Positions 53,995-64,000 of a stretch of 64,000 nucleotides of DNA are shown here, one piece after another; the stretch's first letter is position 1, and every line of letters begins with the position of its first letter. The position numbers and the translations under genes were made by a program. The DNA is taken from NCBI RefSeq assembly GCF_036321535.1, contig NC_087472.1, positions 91,824,001-91,888,000 of the forward strand, read 5' to 3'. Under the pieces are notes generated by a model. The model did not search any database. It was not told the origin of the DNA and saw only the letters and a program-made list of their open reading frames with translations. The DNA comes from Camelus dromedarius (taxonomy: Eukaryota).

Positions 53995-55169
53995 AAAGAA
54001 AATAAGCCATTCTGTTTAAGACATTAACATACCATTAGTAAGGTTTTATTATCATAATATTTAGATAGAATTTAATTGATTTAAAAATTGTTTTTATGTG
54101 CTAAAAACGTGAAAACCACTTTTCCTGTATTAAAAACAATGGTCATATCAAATGAATTTTCAATCATTCTTTCTGTAGTTAATAGCTTTATTATAGATTT
54201 TTAGAAAAATGAAATAATTTTATAAACATTTGAATATTAATGGGTTTACTAGCTTTAGGGAAAGACAGAATGAATTTTTAAAAAATAGCCACTGCCCTCA
54301 GAATGTCTTTTTTCAAAAAACAAAATGCAGGTCCATAGTGGATAATAATATAAAATAAAATACAAATATGGTTACTATAGAATATCGATGAAAAATTATC
54401 ACAGTAGTTGGAACTACATATTTGAGACAAGAAATTTGACACTGAATTCACTGTGATTATGGTTTTCCCTATGTTTCAGAGTAGGTAGGGCCACTGGGAC
54501 AGTATTCAAAACCTCTTTCTTAAATGTGTCTGTCTGTCAACAAATTAACACCTAGGATGATGCATTAATGAGCAATTAATTGGTTGGCAGAGGCATACGG
54601 ACGGGGATTACAGAAGGGAATCCTTCTGGCTGTGTCTGTTCATGGAGAGCAAGATGTGAAATCAGAAAGGAAGAATCTTTGGAAATTTGTCACCTCAAGA
54701 TTGCAAAATCAGTGTTCCTGGATAAGTTAAGAATGTCATAATATTTCCCCCAAATATTTCCTCCTTGCATTCTTTAGCATAAATAATGGAAATTTATTTA
54801 AATATGTGTTGTGCTAGTTTATATATATATATATATGTGCTAGTTTATATATATACATATATATGAATATTAGGTAAAGTTGGGGGAATATTCGACTTGT
54901 AACCTTAAACAAGAAACTGAAATCTTAAATGTCAGGATGCTTTAAAGCAATGATGCATGGTGACTCCAGTTAACAGTCTGCTCTATAAAAATGTGTATTC
55001 AGATTCTCTGAAAACACACTGTGCAGGTTGAACAAAGCAGGTCCCCAGGCTGATTTTGGTGCTCCAGTCATCAACTTGCAATCCCTGTTCTAAAGCTTAT
55101 ATAGTTGGAATCAAGGCCCCTGCGTCAGCTAAATCTATATCTAAATAGGACTATACCATTTATTATCCC

Positions 55170-55355
55170 CTTGACCTTATGTAAGTTATTCATTTAACCT
55201 CTCAAATATTTTAACTTTCTCATTTGCAAAACTAAGTGTAAGAATATTTAACTCCTAGGTTTATTACGAGGATTAAATGTATAAACAAGGTATATAAAGT
55301 ACTTAGCACATTGTAAATTAGCACAGAAAATAATGGCTCAATAAATGGTGGGTGT
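55170..55355 (+). mobile_element. MIR SINE fragment
   Basis: tgaccttatgtaagttatt...ctcatttgcaaaa...gaggattaaatg...aaagtacttagcaca...ctcaataaatgg. Confidence 0.65.
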
Positions 55356-58300
55356 TAGCACTAGTAAAAATAATGATACACAGCCATAACAAATATGGTG
55401 CCCACTAGGGACCACGGTGAAAAGTTATCTCTTGATAAAACAAACTAGTATTCTGCTAACAAGAATCCCTATACTTAATTTTCACACCATCATGTTATCT
55501 TTCTACACACCCAATGTTTCTAGGCTTTTTTATTAAATAGATTGTCTTGTTTCCTTTCATTCTCTATTAGTCTACAAAAATACTGAACTGAAGGTTAAGC
55601 TGTCCAAAGAATGAAAGAGCAAGTGCTGCCTACTGAGGTGAAGGCTCCCCACTGCTTTGCCCTGTTCTGATGCATTTCATCCTGACACACACCCTCTTGC
55701 CATCCTCTTTGCTCAAGTATTTTTTTCCCATCTCCAATTTCGCTTTACCTGTCATTCCATGGCTGTTGTTTAGAACACAGACTTGATCCAGCCCATCCAG
55801 AAAAACTTTCCTAAGTATTTCTATCATTTCCCTCCATCATCTTACCAAGTGGCCATGCAAGCCCTTGCTACATCCTCCAGATACCATCTAAATTCAATCC
55901 ATTTCTTCAAGTTCATTATGTCTTTTTTAATCTCTTTACCAGACTGTAAACTTATATGCAAGCAAGGGTTGCACCTAAATAAAAATTTATGAACTATACA
56001 CCCTATTACTTTACCTCCAAGGACTCCTGGGACATCCTTAATGATAGTATAAGAGTTTCAGATATTAAATCCATAAGGAAACACAAGATATTTTTTTCTG
56101 TGTCCTATGAGGATGAACTTTATGCACATTCACAGACAAATAAGCAAACAAGATAACAAATAAACAAAAAACTTTCAATGCCAGAGAACTATAAAATGCT
56201 GTTCTATTTTCAGGAACTACTTAACAGTAATATATCTTTCTCAATACTAAAACAGGAATTGTATACCTACGTAAGAGTCTATCTAAGACAGGTAAATTAG
56301 AACCCAAATCTAGGCAACTATATTAAAACACTTTTGATGAGAAAAGAAAACGTGGTAAGTAATCAAAGCCACAATATTAAATTTAACACTTTCAGCATCT
56401 ATAAGCAACTATGCCTAGATCAGTGCAAACACTCGCAACTCTGCCTGATGGACTACCTCCCTACATTATGTTTCAAATCTGTAAGAGTATGAGGTATGCG
56501 TAAAATTACTTAACAAAGGCTTTCTATGTCTAGCAAACTCTGTGAAACAGTATTAATAGTCACCTACAATTAATAAAAAAACTTTCCAAATCTTCACTAG
56601 CTCCAGGATAAAGTCTTTTAAGATACATTATACTGTTATTATACTCATTTCCTTTGTACTTAAAAAATCATAACCTTCTATGGAAACTGTAGGATAACTG
56701 AGGAATATTTTCATGGGTGTTGCGACTTATATTTTAAACCAATCAGCCAAACTTAAAGCTCTTAAGTGAAGATTTTTATTTTAACCTGAGCCTCCTATTC
56801 ATTCCTAAGAGTGTGTATAACAACCTTGTGGGTAGTTCTTAGTGAACATAAGTCCCCTACTTAAAATCTCCATGAATATAACAATATCCATCAAGGACAT
56901 CACCAACAAATCCATTTGAATGAGACTTACCAGAGGAGGGTCATAGAATCCTGAGCCTCAGAGCCTCTGAAGACTAAAGTTTAGTTTGGACTAAAAAGCC
57001 TTTTCAGTGGATAATCATGGTGACTACACTTCAGTCTCTGCTGACGGCCATTTGGAAAAGGAGGACACTTATCCTGAATCAAGAGTCTGGAAGCTTAGAG
57101 CTTCTTCAGGGAATAGAGGAAAATCTGGCCTAAAGCAAAGGTCTGACATTTGTTCTATTGGTGCTGTGATCTTTTATACTATTTTTAATGAGTTCATTTG
57201 AATAGTTCATAAAAAGGAAACTGGGAGTTAAAGGAATAGAAGGCAGCTTATTTATAAAAAGAGTGGTTACACATGATGAAAGTAGGGACCCCTTTGTCAG
57301 AAGGAGGCTGGCAGTAAGGCAGCCTTGGTGGTGCTCCAAGACACAGGACTCAGAAGCAACGAACCAAGAGAAGAGATTTCAAACCTGGCTCTGTATCATT
57401 GTAGCCCAGAAACCAAGAATCTATTCATTAAATAAGCCTTCCGAATGACTTAGGCACATAGCAGGCTTAAGAACCTCTGGGTTTTACCTGCTGTGACAGA
57501 AGGAAACACATCTGAGATACTGGAGGCGGTGGGTGGGGCCTTCAGCATGAGTGCAACACCCAATCCCAGCTGGAACCTGGGCTATCTTGAGTGGATCAGA
57601 GTAATCATGAGGGTTTGAAGACCCATATGCCTAGAAATTATATACAAGCCTCTAAAGAACGGGCAGAATTTATGAGAAAACTATGGATTGGAATCCTGGG
57701 ATGGCTAAAACTAGGTAAACTTGGGATAAGCGTATAATCCTTGATTTCTAAATGGTGGAAGTTGGTAAATAGTAAAATACAATTTAATGATCTGTATTTT
57801 TGAAAACAGTCAGGTTATTGAAATGCTGTTAGCATAGTTAAGAGCAACTCATCACTTTTTTCCTGGGGCAGAATGGATTTGATGGAAGTAGTAGGAACCC
57901 CTACTTCACTTTAGTTAGAATCAGGTTTTTGGTTAGTATTCCTTTATTCCACAGTAAGCATTGCCTTATTCAAAAAGTTCTTCACTCTTTGTACCCCAAT
58001 CACTGCAGCCTGGATGCATGAAGGGGAGTGGGCTGGGACTATTTTGCAATCATTGCTCATTTCCAGTATTTAGTTTCAGTGGATACCAGCTGATTTAAAG
58101 TTATGGCCTTGTTCCCAGTTACAAGTTTCCCATTGATTACAGAAGCTGCTTCCCTTAATTCTCAGGAGGGAATGAAGTTAGCTGATAAGTGGAATAGAAA
58201 GTGGCAGAAAAGAAAGAAAAAAGCAGAATCGAAACACTATGAAGTTATTTGGATCTTGAAGTTTTCCTCCATTTTTAACATTCTTATTCCTTAGTTATAT

Positions 58301-59139
58301 TAAAACTTCTTTAATGATAGGTACCACAAAGTTGTGTGTGTGTGTATATATATGTATATATGACATATATGTACATGCATGTATTCCATATGTATGTGTA
58401 TACATACACATTTATGGAGTATGTGACATGCCAAATCAGATGGTCATGGTAAAACAAATCCAAACAGCTAAGAAAGGTATAAGATAAAGAGTAGAGGTCC
58501 TACCTATGTTCCATGTTTTGGCCTCACTCCTCTAGATGTAACCAATGAATCACTTTCTTCTGTATGTTTCTCAAATAATATCGTGCATATACAAACATAT
58601 GCATATGTCCATGTAAATGCATATAAATAAGAACATGCATGTGTAGTATACACACATGTATGCGTATTAACACATGCACATATATCCATCACGAAGTACA
58701 AGTTAGATGATATCAGTAGCCCTATTTCGTAATAGCTATGGAGTATTCTAAGACGTAGATCATAGCTTATTTCACCAATACATATTCATGAACATTTTAG
58801 AGTTACTTTTTGTACTTATTACTACAAAAAGGACTGTATTAAATCTTTTTGAACAGATATCTTTACAGTAAACTGTAGCATATATTTTGAAATGGGTCAT
58901 TGATAAAAATAGGAAGTTTGAAGTGTAAATTTGAAACTAGTAAACATACCCAAGATAAACAAGAAAGAACAATCTGAAACGATGAAAGGCTGTGACAGAC
59001 ATGAAACTTAATACCAAAACTATTCCAATCAGTAATAAACAGCAGTACATCTGTATAGGCTGTACTTAGTTTCTTGTTTCAAATATGATTTTTATTTTGG
59101 TGATGCAAATGAGCCTACATTTTAGCATCTGGCACATAA

Positions 59140-60500
59140 AATAAGTGGTGCTGGGAAAACTGGACAGCTACATGTAAAAGAATGAAATTGGAACATTCTC
59201 TAACACCATATACAAAGATAAACTCAAAATTGATTAAAGACCTAAATGTAAGACCAGGTACCATAAAACTCTTAGAGGAAAACATAGGCAAAATAGTCTT
59301 TGACATAAGTCACAGCAATATTTTTTTGGATCCATCTCCTACAATAAAGGAAATAAGCACAAAAGTAAACAAATAGAACCTAATTAAACCTAAAAGCTTC
59401 TGCACAGCAAAGAAAACCACTGACAAAATGAAAAGACAACGTACTGAATGGGAGAAAATATTTGCAAATTATATGACTTATAAGGGATTCCTATCCAACA
59501 TACATAAACAGCTCATACAACTCAACATCTAAAAAACAACCCAATTAGAAAATTGGCAGAAGAACTGAATAGACATTTTTCCAAAGAGGAAATGTGGATG
59601 GCCAACAGGCACAGGAAAAGATGCTCAATATTGGTAATCACCAGAGAAATGAAAATCAAAATCAAAATGAGACATCATCTCACACCTGTCAGAATGGCTA
59701 TCATCAAAAAGACCACAAATAACAAGTGTTGGCAAGGATGTAAAGAAAAGGGAACCCTAGTACACTGTTGGTAGGAATATAAATTGGTGCAGCCACTGTG
59801 GAAAACAATATGGAGATTTCTCAGAAAACTAAAACTAGAACTACGATATGACCCAGCAATTCCACTCCCAGGTATATATCTGAACCCTCCCCCAAATCAA
59901 AAAGATATATGCATCCCAATGTTCATAGCAACATTATTTACAATTGCCAAGATATGGAAGCAACCTAAGTTTCCATCAACAGATGAATGGATAAAGAAGA
60001 TGTGGTATATATACATTATACACAATGGAATACTACTCAATCATAAAAAAGAACGAAAATTTGCCATTTGCAGCAACATGGATAGACTTGGAGGGCATTA
60101 TGCAAAATGAAATGTCAGAAAGATAAAGATAAAAACTGTATGATATCATTTAAATGTAGAATTTAAAAAATACAACAAACTAGTGAATATTACATAAAGA
60201 AGCAGACTCCCAGATATAGTGAATGAACTCTTGGTTACCAGTGGGGAGAAGGAAGTGGCAAGGGGCAATATAGGGGTAGGGGTGTAAAAAGTACAAACTA
60301 TTACATATAAAATAAGCTACAAGGATATATTGTGCAACATGGGGAATACAGTCAATATTTTATAATAACTATAAATAGAATATAACCTATACAATTGTGA
60401 ATCACTTCATTGTACACCTGTAACTTATATAATACTGTACAGCAATGCTTTATGCTTTATTTATGCTTCAATAAAAAAAGAGTAAAAAAGGAAAAAGAAA
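59140..60500 (+). mobile_element. Older 5'-truncated LINE-1 (3' part of ORF2 plus 3'UTR), disrupted
   Basis: Fragmented ORF2-like ORFs 59182..59376, 59553..59774 and 59784..60110 ([49 protein letters not shown]). The 3'UTR ends in AATAAA and an A-rich tail. Confidence 0.93.
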
Positions 60501-60662
60501 ACAGTCCCTTTGCAAGAGATCAGCATTGGAATCCAAGATTCAAACTGGGATGGGGTTGGGTGTTTGGATCTTAGGAAAGTAGGGGGAAAAATAGTGATTA
60601 ATTTACATTAAAAAATCATGAAGCTTTGTTCCTTAAAATCATCACTCTTAATTGGAATTTTA

Positions 60663-60702
60663 TTTTTTATTGAAGTATAGGCAGTTTACAATGTTGTGCC
60701 AC
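60663..60702 (-). mobile_element. Minimal (about 40 bp) L1 3'-terminal insertion
   Basis: tttttattgaagtataggcagtttacaatgttgtg, flanked by a 12-bp near-duplication attgg(a/c)atttta at 60651-60662 and 60703-60714. Confidence 0.65.
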
Positions 60703-61589
60703 ATTGGCATTTTAAAATCAATCACACACATTTAGGGGAAAAAAAGCTATTTTTTAATAATTTAAAACCAGAATTTTGGCTATTAAACAAACAAAAAATT
60801 CATCTTGGAAATATAATTTTGGAAGGTGAATTTCTTATAAGAGAAAATTTGGCTGAAAACTTGAACTGGGTAAAGATGTTAGATCTGCTTTGAGCCACAA
60901 GGAGTTAGCCAAGCTGAAAAAAAAATGTGCCTTTATTTACCAACACTAACAAGGGACATCTTTTAAAGTGCTCAAAAAAAATTGTAGAACAAGTGGTTGC
61001 TAGATGGAGATTACTTCTATTATTTATCTTATAGTTTTATTACAGCCTACAAAAAGGGCTGCACTAAACTTCTAGATGATTTAGTGTTTAACGAAGTCTT
61101 TGAGTCTCAATATTTAGAATGATGTTTCTTATGAAGAGCTGTGAAGAATTGTCTGATGGAAAATAGTTGCTGAGGAATTTTTCAACAAGGTATATATTTT
61201 TTAGTTAGCATGAAATTGACTGGAAAAGTAACCAGAAAGATATGTACAGTTGAAAGGATCACATCATAAAAGACAGAGCTGAAGTATGGTAGCCTTCACT
61301 GGGGCAACTTTCCCACCCAAACTCCCTAGCTGCTATGTCATTCACAAAAGACACCATCTCAGAGTCCACCTTTTGATTTTTTTCATGGAGCTCAACACAG
61401 TGGTAAAAATCACAAATTTTGCAAACTGTGGTTGAAATTTCCATCCTTTAGACATACTAATACCAAAATGAGAAATGACCTTAAAAGCCTGTTTATTACA
61501 CATATGTTTGCTATATGGTGCAGGGAAGAATTTTCAAACTCTGCAGAATTGTTAATTATCTTCACGGAGACAAACAAACAAATAAAACG

Positions 61590-62040
61590 TGACTGGCAAA
61601 CTGGCTCTTTACTCACCAATTTTGTATACCTTCCTTTCTAGGCAGATAGCCAAATAACATTACCAGCTTCCCCTGCAGTTAAGTGTAGCCATGTGACTAA
61701 GTTCTGGCCAACAGAAAATGGGCAGAAGTCCTCAATGAATTTCCAGGCCTGACTTAGCAATTCTATTCCTCCTCCCTAAAAAACTCACTCATTTTCCTAC
61801 CTAATATTCAGACAGGATTTCAACACCCAGGGTGAATTTGGAATCTACGTGCTGAATGTGACAGAGTCTCTATCTTTCTGGGTCCCTAAATGACTGCATG
61901 GAACAGAGCGCTCCACCAACAATCCCTGCCCCCAGTGGACTTCATTTCATGTGATCCAAAAATAAACTTCTATTATATTAAGCTCCAGGGAATTGTTATT
62001 TTTCCTCCATTAACACAATTATCATTGTCTCAACCAACAC
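61590..62040 (+). mobile_element. MaLR LTR (old MLT1 subfamily)
   Basis: ccagcttcccctgcagttaagtgtagccatgtgactaagttctggccaa...ctgggtccctaaatgactgcatggaacagagc...aaataaacttctatt. Confidence 0.72.
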
Positions 62041-64000
62041 AGTAAGAAAACAGTAGAAATCCAGATAAATTTCCCCCCCAAATTGAGCCCCCTTATCAAC
62101 AACTGTCAAACAAAACTATGAATATTTTTATTACTCATGATAAGTTCATTAAAGTAAAAATGAATATGAGTGTTAGGTGAAGAGTTCATGTGGATTATGA
62201 GTTGTTTGAGATTCTTAGTTGACTGACAAATTCAAAATTATACCATAAATTCTAAATACAGAACTACATCAGTCATTTTTTTCTATTAGAGCCTTTTTTA
62301 TTTTTCCCTGCAGTGATAAGGAAGACTAACCAGTGTACCATAGACCCTTTACATCCATCACTGGACCCTGGGTGACTTGACCCCTTAAAAGAGGACACAT
62401 TTATTAAAATGTCCACCAATAGCCTGAAAGAGCAGCTCTTTTCCACCTTTTGGCATCATTTTAGGTATCTATGTTTAGAAATCTTTCTGACTGAGATCAA
62501 AAGAATTGAAAAACAAAAGCAATCTCTTGCTATTTGTGTCTTCACAGTTTTATGTAAGTCTGTTGAATCAAAACATTGTGACACCTCATCAGAGAAGTCC
62601 TGAAATGTGTCTCAGCCCCATTTTTTTTTAATTGAGAGATTCAGTGTAACTGGATCTCACTCATTAACCAGTGCAACAATAAGCTTCCAATGGCAGATTA
62701 TCTTAAAAAGAGTTTTAGTGTTAAAATAAGTATTAAAAGCGCAAATTGGCTCCACTGTTAGTTCTGCTGGTGTGGAAAATTGAAGAAACACAGCTATAAC
62801 GTACCTGCAACACTGTTAAGTTATTATGCAAATTGTTCAAATTACAGTTTTTTTCATAACATTAAGTGCTTGGAAAACAGTTGAATGGTATTAACAACAT
62901 ATTTGGTTGGGAATTTATAATTTTTCTGTTCTTATAATTTGAGGAGATAATCTGTAGTGATTTTACTCTGATAATTTTTCTGTTTTTATGAGTGGGAATT
63001 GTGAAATTTGATTAGGCTATTTTAATAGCTAAAGAATGAATAATTCCTTCCCTATTTGTGCTGAAGCATTTGTTTTTTTACTATACAAATACAATATAGA
63101 GTATAGAAGAGCAGCAATAATCATTGCAGGAAGGAAATTCCTATTCATTGACTAGGATACATTATATGCAGGGGATTCCAGGCACTCTAATGAGAAACAT
63201 GTTTTCATAATTTGGCTCAGGGAACACTCAACTAAAGATGTAAAATGAGAAGTGTAAATGATCAAAATAGTGAGTGTATAAAAATGAGATTTCAGTAAGG
63301 ACTCCATACGAATTTTATTTCATGGTTTGTATTTTTCATGAAAGGCTTCTGCAACACAATTACAATAGGAACAATAATTTTCAACTTAACTCTCATTTTC
63401 TAGGTCCTCTTAGGTCTACTCCATATTGCATGTAACACTTGCTTTTATTTCTACCTAAATTATACTCTGGGAATGGTGACTATTGAAAAATCATTACAGT
63501 TATTTGAATCAGGAGTTGCAAAATAGGTCTATTCATTATTTTTTAGCACTTAATATACTCTATTGTCATTAAGTTATTAGCAGTGACTCTATAATCATCA
63601 TTCTCAAATATTTTCAATGCATTAATATGAAATTCTGAATAAGGATCAATAATAGTTTTTAACAAAGTTGGTTAGAATTCAATGCCTGAAGGAACCTTCT
63701 ACTTTTCCCCCAAAGTTGTTACTGGTTTCCACCCTCTAATCATCTTCATTGAGAGAAATTTGATATGATCAAAACCTCTGGAGTGGAGAAAGCAGAACGT
63801 GGGGTAAAACATACCCAGAGAGCAGGAGGTTCTACAAAGATTAAAAGGATTGCTGATTGCTTGCTTTCAGTACGCATGCATAGCTAAATAAATTATGGTA
63901 CTTCAGTAGGAAGAAATAACAACGTTCAAAAATTTGTAAAAAAATCTTACAAAGTTCTTGCTTTTGTTGCCAATGTACAAAATTTGTCGTGAGCTACTTA

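Overview
AT-rich mammalian genomic DNA with no prokaryotic systems. The window lies inside the X-linked synaptic organiser gene IL1RAPL1, transcribed on the minus strand. Three coding exons are present: 36247-36115 and 34206-34061 (together the third Ig domain) and 7111-6968 (transmembrane and juxtamembrane segment). They correspond to human exons 7, 8 and 9 as I recall them, all have canonical AG/GT boundaries, and the reading frame is continuous. The rest is intronic. It contains a 3'-truncated MER34/MER4-group-like ERV1 provirus (about 21.5-27.2 kb), three solo ERV1 LTRs with intact 4-bp target-site duplications (TSDs), young and old L1 fragments, three tRNA-Ala-derived SINEs, MIR, L2, MLT and hAT fossils, and microsatellites. 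The SINEs resemble Vic-1, which suggests a camelid genome. I found no convincing novel biological system. The best leads are a pair of RFX X-box motifs just upstream of the TM exon (possible internal promoter or enhancer), a candidate conserved non-coding block in intron 8, an ERVL-like protease remnant duplicated inside an ERV1-type element, in-frame exon modules that permit soluble or Ig3-less isoforms, and a very long (CA)57/(UG)57 tract. Repeat family names come from recognising consensus sequences by eye and should be confirmed with RepeatMasker/Dfam.
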